Source of the DNA: Octopus sinensis
Lineage: Eukaryota
Assembly (NCBI RefSeq): GCF_006345805.1
Contig: NC_042998.1
Location: 126,542,001-126,606,000, forward strand
Length of the DNA: 64,000 bases
Reading direction: 5' to 3'
The position numbers and the translations under genes were made by a program. Under the pieces are notes generated by a model. It was not told the origin of the DNA, did no database searches, and saw only the letters and a program-made list of their open reading frames with translations. Shown here piece by piece: positions 11,945-23,220 of this stretch (position 1 is the first letter of the stretch; each line of letters opens with the position of its first letter).

Positions 11945-14470
11945 TTATTATTATTATTATTATTAATCTCCTCATCATCCTCAATATTTTATGCTGTTTT
12001 TCTAAGCATGCATGATTTGGACAGGTCTTCTCTGACACAGCATATTACCACATGTTGTGGTCCTTTGTAATTTCTTTCATGAAGGCCAGCCTCTTGATAT
12101 CAGCTTTCACCACTTCTTGTGTCTTCTTTAGTCTTCCTCTTTCACAGATTCCTTCCACCTGGATTGCTTGGCACTTTTTCACACAAATATCATCTTCCAC
12201 GTGTGTTATATGTTTGAACCAGCCCCAAACTATACCCGATTCCTCTTATACCCAGTTTTTCTCTTCCCTCATTTGTACTTCATCACTCATGTAGACTAAC
12301 AGTTCACACCCAGTGGAGCATACTTTTTTTTCCCTCTGTTGTTATACATTTTCTACATTCAATACCCTTGTTTCACTACCATGCAAAATTACACTTTTAT
12401 ACAACCATCATACAATCTGCCTTTTATTTGGATTGAGAATCCCCTTGTTATCAGTAGAAACAATAATGCCCTGAACTTCTTTTCTACCTCATTTTTACTC
12501 TGTTTACTATACTTTCAAAACACTCATATTCAGTGCTTATTAGATCTCAGAAGCAATAGAAGCTATGAAACTATTTTTAGTAAGCCTTCTGAACATTTGA
12601 AATATTTATTCCATGGGTGCTCTTATTGCTAACTATTCTTGTGCATCTGTTGCATATGAAGTCTTCCTTCTCTTTCAGTCTGCCTTTCATTTCTCTGTAT
12701 CTCATGTGCACCTATAATTTATGCTGGGTACATTGTGTATGGAATTCTTATGTACTTCTTTTCTGCATATTGAATAAGACCACTTTCCAGATGACAGTAG
12801 AATCCTGTTTTCTTTCCTGTTAAATTGACTTTAATATTTGCTGGGTTCACTTTGAAGACTCTCAATTCTAGGTTTTGCTATCACATTAGGAATTTCTTCC
12901 ATAAATCTTAAACAGTTTCAGTTAGAAGAACAGAATCATTGGTATACATGAGTTCCAGTGCATTGCCATGGCTTAGAGAACTATTGTAAACAAAAGGAGG
13001 CAGAGAACCAACACTGATTGACACCTACCTCCACATCAGATTTCTCACTGAACCTGCTAGCTCTCTTCTTGCCTACAGTCTATCTGTACATGGCTTGCAC
13101 AGCTCCTTCAAGCACTTCATTTATGTTTAGTTTTCTTAATGACCACTATAGACTTCAGAGCATGGTACCCAACCAAATACTTTCTCCAGGTCAATGAATG
13201 CTATAGTGGTTTGCATTAAGTTAAAACTGCTTCCTTTTTCAAGAGGAAAAGAGCAGTAGTAGTACTTCATCCTGGAAAAATCTAAATTGCCTCTCATCTA
13301 AGCTAATTCTCTTCCTAATCTGTGGTGCTATAATACTTTCAGTTACTTTCATAACTTAAACCATGTTGGTGACTCTATTGTTAAATCTTTCCAGAGCATC
13401 TCCTTGTCCTTGTAGCAGTCGATGATGGTACTACCATACCAATAATGTTGGTATGACACCTATATACTAACAGATTATGTAAGTGTTTAGCATATAGCCT
13501 ACTTCACTGAATATTTTCAATATCTCAGCAACTATTCCTGCATTCATACCCTTAATAGCACTTTTGACAATATAGCAGTCAACTTCAATAGCTGGTCCCT
13601 TTGTTGGCTCTACTTGGGATAGTACCTTTCTTCTACATATTTCCCTCTTTCAGCAACCTTTCGTAGTAACATTTTCAAGTTTTTTCTTTCTTGGTGCCAG
13701 TAAGGATGAGTGTGTTACAGTCATACACACTTTTCCCTACCAATATCTAATTGATATTGACACAATGTTTTACAACTAGGAACATCTCATGCATCTGATC
13801 CTCACACTGTAAAACACTGGCAAGCTTCTTTCAGCCTCCCGCATTGCTGTGTGTACCTGATATCTGATGTAGTATTTTGCTCCCCTCTTCCAGTCTTTCT
13901 AGGTTTGCGTCTAGCTGCACTGGCCCTATCCACCACCCCATTCTACCATTATGTCACATTTTATTACCTGACTAGGATTTTGAACCATACACAGATCAGT
14001 TCTCTGTTTCACAGCAAGTTGTCTTATAGAAACTCTCAGTTGTCTTCTGTGTTATAGGTCTCGATCTCCTTTTTCTTTTCAATATGCTCGTCACCTTTTT
14101 TTGAACCCACATCTAGCAGAGGAATCTTTCAGCTTCCATATCTTCTTTCTTCATGTTGTGTAATGTCACTAATCACGAGTCTTTGTTAGTGATACATTCT
14201 TCATTGTGGTAAGATTTGGTATTCGCAACCATCTGTTTGTTTCCTGATGTGTAAGAAGTCAATTTGTGGGTTTGCCTGATTTCTATGTGATCAGGTGGCT
14301 GGCCGGCCAGTTTCCTGAAGTTAATGTTGCATTACAGAACTTCAGTGTTAATACTTATAGTGGTATCAATAGTAAAATTAATAATTTTCAAGAGACAGTT
14401 TTCTTAATGAAGGTACTATATATAAAAAAAATATTTTTACTCTGCTTTGGTAAGAGAAGGGGATAAATGT
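11945..14470 (-). mobile_element. Degenerate RTE-clade LINE (endonuclease-RT-3' end)
   Basis: Minus-strand remnants: SHLIT...KPTN (endonuclease end, ~14290), PG*STTTALF (RT, ~13270), REKLGIRGI (C-terminal, ~12250); (TAA)n tail near 11945; many stops and frameshifts. Confidence 0.8.
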
Positions 14471-17400
14471 TTCAAGCAGTTTCAGTTTTTGGAAGTTAAG
14501 AATTTATCCCCAAATTTGACATGAAGTTTATATTTCTACTGATGAAATTAAAAATGTTGCAATTCATTGATGATTAATATTTTCATATTCTCTTTCTCTG
14601 TCTGTCTGTCATGTTGTAGGATTTTTGAATGAATGCATCTGCCTGCTTAGAATTCTTGGAAGGCAGCTATGCAACTGAGAATAATAACAGTGTAATAAGT
14701 AGAATGATGTTTTGTACAAAATATAAGGTCCCTGTGGGATAGCTACCCTTTGGAGTGGTATCTATATCTGTAAGATGGTAATACAAATTAGGTTATCAAA
14801 TATTAAAACAAAAAACAGGAAAAACTGTATTTTGGCAACATTGAAAAATTTTCTGCTGTATCACTGTAGGAGAGAAAAAAATATATAAAATAACAACCCA
14901 AACCACAGAGCTGTTTGTTATAGAACCATATATAAATAATGCTTTTCTTGTATACATAAATATATTTTTATATATTATGCACACTTACACAATTTTTGAG
15001 TGTCTTTTAAATGTTTAGTAGCTAAATATTATGTTTTACTGTTTTCCAAATAGATGTGTACAAATTTTAGATTAAACCAAAATGTTTTTAAAAACATTGT
15101 TTAGAATTGTTGGAATGTTTGTTTCACTAATTTATCAAGATTCCCCCTTTTCTGGTAATTTGATATTTTCTCTGTTTTTGTTTTCTTTTTATTTCAAACA
15201 ATCTATTTAAAAAGTAATAGAAATGGTCAAATGTAAAGAGTACTCAGCTAACAACTCATGAGTCTTGAATTCATAATCTAGTGTCACTGTTTACCTGTTA
15301 TCTTGAGCAGTAGATTAAAATTTTTATGCTTTGCTTCACATAGAGTGAGAATTGGAGTTACAACTGAATTTTTTAAAAGACAGTTTACCTCTGATAGACT
15401 AAGCACTTATCTAAGTCAAGACTAGCCTCACATTACATTACTGAAGCTAAAAAATGCATCAGCTTTGTTTATTGTAAGTAACATTTTTATAATTCATTTA
15501 ATTTTTCATAGAGATATTTTCTCTAATTTCTTCACTTTATTACATGTTTCTTAGCAGTCCACTCCTATTCTCTTATTCCACCTTTCCCTATTTGAAAGCA
15601 CTATTGGTATTTCTTGTTATTTTCACCTATTCATTGCATTTTGAGTTCAAATCCTGCCAAGGCTGGCTTAACATTTCAGCTCTCAGGTGTTGATAAAGCA
15701 AGTAACTATTATATACTGCGAATCGATTCAATCAACGACCCATTTTTATTACAAATTTGTGGCCTCATGCCAAAGAATCACTAAAAATGTTGTATTCAGT
15801 TACATCCCTTTATGGTGTAAATTCAAACCCATTGAAAGCCATTCATATAGGATTGAAAAAAAAAAATGTACCAAATTCTCTTCTAATTCCAATATTATTA
15901 GCGTTGTTTCCCCCCCAAATATAGGTATTCTGGTACAGTTCTGCTCTATTCCAGTCAGTAATATTTATATTTATTTTTAAACTCTCAGCATAAAGCCCAA
16001 TTTATCTGTCGAAGAACCCAGTTGAACCAAATGAGTACTAATCCAAGGGACATAATCCATGTAATTGTCCGTCAAGATTTTCCTCCCCTTGATATTTTAC
16101 CCATTTTTCTCTCCAACAAAATATTTCGTCTGATAAGATTAACGTGTACTGCGGTCTCTCTCTTTATCCCCCCCCCTCTCTCTCTTTCCAGTTCAAGTTT
16201 TTTTTATATGCTCCCCTATGTAAAATAACTCGATGTATTCTGATTTAAAAGATACCCAAGATATATTTTTTCTAATGGAGATTTATTAGTAGCCGCTTTT
16301 AAATCTTCATTTTAAAACTACATCTATTTTAAAATATTACCATTTTCTTTCTTTTCTTTTCTATTAAAAAAAATTAGATTAGAACGGTAAAATTCTTTGC
16401 TGTAAAACTAGTTTTGTTCATTATTATATTCTGAAATTCTATAATTAGTGTGAGTGATAGAAAAACAAAAAGTAGCAATCCAATTTCCAGTTTATGTTTT
16501 GTGATATGATACGTTTAATTTCTTGAGTGTGTGTGTGTGTGTGTGTGTAGAGAGAGAGGTGAGGTAGATAGAATGTGAGAATATCTTTTAAATTCTATTG
16601 GGTCTTTGTGAATACCATATGGTAACTGAATCAAGAACAAGATCTTTTAATGGATCACACACCCCTCCAAGTGACACTGACGGCAGGATCTGAACTCTGC
16701 AATTACATAGTGCTCCTGCCTGCTGTTGCATACACTGCAAAGTTGAACATACACATGATACCAGTTTCTAGATTTGTGATTAGTATCTTGACCATGGACA
16801 CAAGTCAGTGGTAATTATAAGACATGGACTATTAATACCTTGTTCAACATTCTATTGGCTTTACCCTCTGTAGCTCTCTTAACAAAAATGACTTTGTTTG
16901 TTTTTTTTTTTCTCAAATTGGATGAATAATAAAAGTTTATTCTATTTTGAGTTATAATCTATGATAATTGCATGATAATTGCACTAAAAGGATTGCTTGA
17001 AAGTTCTATTTGAAATATTTATATGTTAAATCTGTTGATATTTTGTCTTTTCATTTGTTTCCCTAATATAGAAACTGAATCACCACTTCCCGTTCTACCT
17101 CAGAAATTCTCTGAAATTTTCCATCTGTCAATCTTTCTAAGCAATACAATTTACTATAAAGAAAATTTTAACCACATCATATTTACAAGATTTTTTTTTT
17201 ACATTGCATTTATCAATTATTTTTTAATTGATATTTTGTGTTAGTACTTGACACACATTTGCATATTCATGCAAATACAATCATCTCCACAAACACAACT
17301 ACATACTTTAAACCAGGTCATAATGGAATGACAGACTTGAAACTTATTCACTGGAAGTAGATTGAGTTTGATTACCATCATCAGTATAGTTATAATGTTT

Positions 17401-17554
17401 GGAAAATAAACTAGATATATAAAAGTGACAGAATATTTGAAAAAAGAAAAGGATATTGTAGAATGCAAATATGTCTTGAATAATGCACATGTGTATACAC
17501 ACTATTCAAGACAAGAATATACATGTATACATATGTTGTGTTTGTTATATTTTG

Positions 17555-17621
<67 letters not shown>

Positions 17622-17879
17622 GTGTATATATAAAACCTTAAACAGTTAGGATATATGCAATACAAATAATGGATAAATGAACATTATAAAGGAAACAAGT
17701 AATGAAAATGCAAGCAAAGATAAATACCACAAAATAAAGAAAGTGAAACTTATAGAACTTACATAAAAGGTACTCTAAATTCTAATAAGAAATATTTATT
17801 AGTGACAGAGGCAATATTAATACTGGGAGGTAATATTTATCCTCACTTAAACTTATAAGAGAACAACCAACAATTCCAA

Positions 17880-18330
17880 AGACGTACCTACCTGCAGTGG
17901 AAATGAGATATCCAACATCAGAGATAACTATCTGGTTGATAAAAAAATGTGTCAATATTAGTATTGATCTTATGAAAACCAACAAGTGTCATGCAAACAA
18001 GGATAGCATTCTGGATAACCATTCCTTGAATATGATTAAAAACAAAAAGGGAATAATTTTGAAATCTAATGTGACCTGGGTTAATCTTTCATACTCGATG
18101 TTACTCAAAAATGATATTCCCAAAATGTTCTTTAACATCCTTAAGAAAAACTTTCACACTCAGCACAGATACCATAGGATATCTAATACATCCACAGGCA
18201 AACTATCATACTCCACTTTCTCAAATTTGGGAAATAACATAGTAACTGCAAACCAGGGACGTGCCGCCTATGTAGGCATAATTCGCCCCTGCTTTTCAAT
18301 CTCAGTATTTAAGCTACGTATAGTACTGCT
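17880..18330 (+). mobile_element. Penelope-like element (PLE) fragment, RT/GIY-YIG linker
   Basis: ORF segment NVTWVNLSYS...FFNILKKNFHTQHRYHRISNTSTGKLSYSTFSNLG resembles the PLE linker (WFNPPYS...KIFN...KLSYS..N). Confidence 0.7.
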
Positions 18331-18825
18331 GTAATACACATGCTGCATACACTCCTACAACACCGATTTCTTTATGTGCCATAAAGGCAAAAGTAAATCT
18401 GCCCTCAACTCAGTCGTGCATCTGTGTTTCGCTTAGTTTTCGTGTGTTTTACTTCATAAAGGTCTCCAACTACCTACCCTGAGTAATTACTATTGGCACG
18501 TACCTGCTGCAAACCATTATAAATTAAGACAAAGAAAAAAAAAAGGACCTAAAAAAGAACACTATATGATAATTCAAAAGAGATTAAATCAGTCTCGAAT
18601 TCTAACAATAGGACTAGTAACAAAAATTTACCAAAAAAAAAAAACAACACCCAAAGAGTAATCAATACTATTCATAAAAGAGTCCTATCTGCTATAGATA
18701 AGTTAACCCATTTAAATACGTCGAATATTCCACAAACCCCATTGAAACTGGACTTAACTACATCTTACAAAGATAGAACAAATATTAATAAAACTACTAC
18801 TAGTTATAATAACAATAACGATGGT

Positions 18826-19101
18826 GAACTCTCCCGTCGAAGACGACGTATGAGTGTTCAGTGTTTGCTGAACGACCTGCACAAATGATTTGTTTGCAGT
18901 GATCAAATGTATGTGCTGTACTATTGCTCACACCATCAAATCCACAGGTGCGCAAGTATACCACACGTCAGATGTCGAAATGATCGCATAGCAACGTGAA
19001 ATGAAGTGTTTGGCTCTTGAACACGACGCACGGCTCCCTGTCTGGTGATCGAACCCACGATCTGATGATTGTGTGTGCAACACCTAAACCATTAAGCCAC
19101 T
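18826..19101 (-). mobile_element. tRNA-headed SINE family C
   Basis: Minus strand begins GTGGCTTAATGGTTTAGG...GTGGGTTCGATCACC (A/B boxes); homologous to 22705-22988. Confidence 0.7.
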
Positions 19102-19117
19102 TGCTTTAACAACAATA

Positions 19118-19303
19118 GAGACGAGGCCTGAAATTTTTGGGTAGGGGACTAGTCGACCCCAGTCTTTTACTGGTACTTAATGTATCGACCCCGAAAAGAT
19201 GAAATGCAAAATCGACTTCGGCAGAATTTGAACTCAGAGCGCAGTGGCAGACGAAATACTGCTTAGCATATCACCCGGCATGCTAACGATTCTGCCAGCT
19301 CGC
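19118..19303 (-). mobile_element. Family A SINE
   Basis: Reverse complement of GCGAGCTGGCAGAATCGTTAGC...GAGTTCAAATTC... Confidence 0.8.
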
Positions 19304-19320
19304 TACCTGTAATAATAATG

Positions 19321-20245
19321 ATTTCGTTTATTTGCCAAAAGGGTGAAGGTTGAGGGGAGCAATGCAAAAGCAGACATAAAGAGTGGAGGGTTACATATAA
19401 TGAAATGATATAAAAGAAACCAAATTATACACGGTATATACTGAGAAAGAAGGGACATATGCATAGCATACAAAGGTTAAAAAATAGTGGCATGGAAGAT
19501 GATAGAGATGTGGACCTCCTGATACAGAAAGACCTCTAGGGATAATCGAGGAGCCCCACTGTTCGAGGTTTCCCTGAAATCCCAAGAGCAAGTGCCCTCT
19601 ACAATTCCTTCTCTCCGATTTACAGATCTACACTGAGAGAGGTATCATCCACTCTTGCCATTTTCGAAAGTTTCACCCAACTTTCACCCACCTATCACTC
19701 GTGGACAGCACTTCCCTCTCCACTCTTGATCTCTTTTTTAAGTGAAACTTGAAGTCAATGAGAGCTCTACCAAAGAGGAATGTATCTGTCATCATGCCTT
19801 TCAGCTTTGTCCACTAAACCTTTTTCGCCACAGCCACCAGGTAAAGGAAAACTGCCTTGCCTGCCCGATTAAAGGAGGGCGGCAGGGCGATCATAACTAC
19901 AGACTACCCCGATAGACGGATCCGTCCCACACGTGACTGCAGCTGTTCGACATAACCTCACAAGTCAGCAATGTCCGGACACTGAACGAGTTTCGTCAAC
20001 TCTGCGCACACCTTGGACAAGCCCGTTTGACAGTACATCCGTGCCTGTAGCACTGCCAGTCAAGGACATCTGGAAATTATCCATGATGATTCCTGATCGG
20101 AAAGTCCTCCGGAACAGACCAGCCAATTCGTTTTCGTCGGCGCCTTGAGTCTTCCCGAAGATGTCGTCGCACTTCCCCGCCACTAATTTCTAAATTTCTG
20201 AAATGGAACATCCCTGATCCCATTGACCGACTGGCAGAGCGCCTG
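19321..20245 (-). mobile_element. Tx1/L1-clade LINE 3' fragment
   Basis: Minus-strand similarity to the 44300-44800 part of the Tx1 copy (NFQ.SL.W...LPPSF.R.G.A..LYL); ends GGCAAATAAACGAAAT followed by (CAT/ATT)n. Confidence 0.75.
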
Positions 20246-20415
20246 GTTTCAAATTTTGCCGCAAGGGCAGCAATTTTGGGGAAGGGGATGATTCGATTAC
20301 ATCGACCCCAGTGTTCAACTGGTACTTATTTTATCGACCCTGAAAGGATGGAAGGTAAAGTCGATCTCGGCGGAATTTGAACTCAGAACGTAACAACGGG
20401 CGAAATACCGCCGCC
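20246..20415 (-). mobile_element. Family A SINE
   Basis: TTTCAAATTTTGCCGCAAGGGCAGCAATTTT...GGAATTTGAACTCAGAACG. Confidence 0.8.
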
Positions 20416-21324
20416 TAACTAATAACAACAACAACAATAATAATAATACTAGTAATAAAAGTAACTACACCAAACAGTATAGTGTGGACAAAGTTAACTG
20501 TAACTTCTGAGATTCCAAGAGTTGTCCTTTGGGTGGAGAGTGTATAGGGAAAATGTCTATAGATGTTATACACTACAACATAAACCCTTTAGCATTCAAA
20601 CCGGTCATATCTGGCTTAAATATTATGTTTTATGCTAAAATTGACCAAATTCAGCCTTTCACATCTAACATAATATCATTCTAAAAAAAACAAAAAAAAA
20701 ACAAACAAAAACAAAACAAACACACCATTGAAATATCGAAGCTGCTTGATAAGGCATGATTAATTAAAAACAATGTGAATAAATGAGCATTACATTTGAC
20801 ATAGAATCTGAATGCTGAAGGGTTAAATTCTACCTTGTGTCATTCTTGGACTATAATAAATGATTTTACTTCTTTAAAAATATTTTCTCTTACTCAAGAC
20901 AAGCCCACAAAACATCCCTCTCAGAATATATATGGAACTTAAATTAAAAAAAAATATATAAATTACAACATACAATGGTTTATATTACACATGGTGGAGC
21001 CTTTTAAAGGGGAGTGTTGTAGCTGCTGTTTGTACTTCATTGGAGCTTGATTGGAAATACTTACGGCTTACATAAAACCTCTTGGACTTTCAGATTCTAT
21101 ATGAATGAAATAAGGATGATACATGTGATTAACACGTCTTGTGTGTATGTTTACGTCTATCATCTCTTGATTTATATATGTATATGTATGTGTGTGTATA
21201 TATACATGTGTGCGTTTGTGTGTGTATATATGTGGTTGTAAGTACATATATGTATATATGTGTGTATGTATTTATGTATGTATGTTGTGTGTGTGTGTGT
21301 ATTCACAACTTTCTTTTTCTTTAA

Positions 21325-21470
21325 TCTCTATATATATAAACGGCAAAATGTCTGCGTGCGTGTCCTTTATACAAATCCACAATTTTTCAGTTAGAGGGCT
21401 CGCACTTTCTATGGTCATTCAAAACCGTCCAAGGGTGGTCGTGCATAGCTTTACATTTCTCCAGCCACCC
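21325..21470 (+). mobile_element. Helitron-like non-autonomous element, 5' end
   Basis: A|TCTCTATATATATAAACGGCAAAATGTCTGCGTGCGTG; same 5' style as 24873. Confidence 0.4.
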
Positions 21471-21524
21471 CACAAAGACATTAAAAAATCAATAGAAGTG
21501 ACTTTTTGTGAATTTTCTATCCAA

Positions 21525-21650
21525 AACCCAATCGATCCTGAAAGATGAAAGGTAAAGTCGACCTGGGTGGAATTTGAACTCAACGCAAACCCGGAAGAAC
21601 GGCCACTAAGTATCTTGCCGGGCATGCTAATGATTCTGCCAGATCGCCAA
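21525..21650 (-). mobile_element. Family A SINE fragment
   Basis: ATCGATCCTGAAAGATGAAAGGTAAAGTCGACC...GATTCTGCCAGATCGCC. Confidence 0.75.
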
Positions 21651-22271
21651 CTTTGTTATGTTAATAACTAACTAAAAAGCCGCACTCCATGGGGATTTTT
21701 AAGCTAGCTCCTACGGAGGGTTAATTGGGCCTGCAGCCTAAGACTAAAGAAAGCTAAGTAGCACGACTATAATACATCTATAATGACTATATGCCCCGTT
21801 GGTGTTTGGTCAGAGGTTAAGGACGGATGAAAATTAATTCTGTAATGCAATCTGAATTCTAACTGTTGGCCAATTTGTCCCAAAGTTCTTATCTCGACGT
21901 AAAATTAACGAAGCGAATGTCATTTATCCCACCCTTGATCTCTGACGTAATCTGACAAACGCCCAGCAAGATGGCATGAATCAGCCATGCTTTACCTGCT
22001 AGAAATAGCAACCCAGATGCATTTAAATCAGATCCCAATGTCGGATGTTCAAGAACCAAATGAAGGACAGATTTTCAAACCCGGGATCATCCTGATTCGA
22101 AAAAGGTATAGTATGTCTATGTAGGGCAAATATAGAGTGAGATACAGGGGTCCCAGACAAACAGAATTTCAAGTTTATTATTATAGAAGATACCATTAAT
22201 AACTATGATGCCATAAATAAATGACAACAACATTAATGTACATTATTTACATTTGACGGATATTTGTTCTT

Positions 22272-22317
22272 AACACAGCGTTTCGGCTGATATACCCTCC
22301 AGCCTTCATCAGGTGTC
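22272..22317 (-). ncRNA. Minimal type I hammerhead ribozyme motif (U16.1 mutated)
   Basis: GACAC-CTGATGA-A-GGCTG-gagggtatat-CAGCC-GAAAC-GCT-GTGTT. Confidence 0.75.
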
Positions 22318-22535
22318 TTGGGGAAATTCCGAACCTGGGTTCTCTTTCCTCAGGTATTTTTCGATGTTATTATTATTATTGTTGTTGTTGTTGCTGTTGT
22401 TGTTCAGGTCACTGCCTGGAATCGAACTCAGAATCTTGGGGTTAGTAGCCCGCGCTCTTAACCACTACGCCATATGTTAATAATAACGTCGAAAAATACC
22501 TTAGGAAAGAGAACCCAGGTTCGAAATTTTCCCAA

Positions 22536-22581
22536 GACATTTGATGAAGGCTGGAGGGTATATCAGCCAAAACGTCGTGTT
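22536..22581 (+). ncRNA. Minimal type I hammerhead ribozyme motif (C3 and G12 mutated, GUC triplet kept)
   Basis: GACAT-TTGATGA-A-GGCTG-gagggtatat-CAGCC-AAAAC-GTC-GTGTT. Confidence 0.7.
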
Positions 22582-22704
22582 AACAATAAACAAGATGAGG
22601 TCAAATATAATTAATGTAAATAGTGTACATAATTCCTCATCTCTTAAATATAGAACTGAAAACACTAATAATGTTGATAATGATAATAATAATGGTTGTA
22701 GTGA

Positions 22705-22988
22705 TGGACTCTCCTGTCGAAGACGACATATGAGTATTCAACTTTTGCCGAACGACCTGCACAAATAATTTGTTTATAGTGATCAAAAGTATGTGTTGTA
22801 CATTAGCTCACTCCCTCCATCAAATCGACGTTGCCTGAACAGGTGCACGGTGTACCATAAGTCAGGTGTCGAAGCGATCGTAAAACGGTGTGAAATGAAG
22901 TGTTTTGATCAAGAACACAACGCACTACCCAATCTAGGAATTGAAACCACGGTCTCGCGATCGTGAGTGCAAGACCTTAACCACTAAG
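22705..22988 (-). mobile_element. tRNA-headed SINE family C
   Basis: Collinear with 18826-19101 (CTCTCC.GTCGAAGACGAC...GTGAAATGAAGTGTTT...AACCA.TAAG). Confidence 0.7.
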
Positions 22989-23162
22989 TTATGGTTGTAG
23001 TAATGGCTGTAATAAAGATAATATTGACAATACCAATTATAGTACTTATATATATATATATATATGGATAATAAAACGAATGAGGAATCGATGCTAGATG
23101 TGTCGAAACAATTGTCGTGATTAATAATAAATTATCGTATATTCCATCTTCTATCTTTCATT

Positions 23163-23220
<58 letters not shown>

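Larger units (their letters stand above)
22234..22632. mobile_element. Palindromic element: ~145-155-bp inverted arms with hammerhead motifs around a tRNA-like head
   Basis: Arms ~22234-22380 and ~22476-22632 are reverse complements; centre 22407-22474 (minus) is tRNA-like with A box GGCGTAGTGG and B box GAGTTCGATTCC. Confidence 0.85.

Noticed and set aside
22407-22474. tRNA gene (anticodon ACT)
   Set aside because: The 5' acceptor strand is missing and the anticodon stem has only three pairs; treated as a SINE head.
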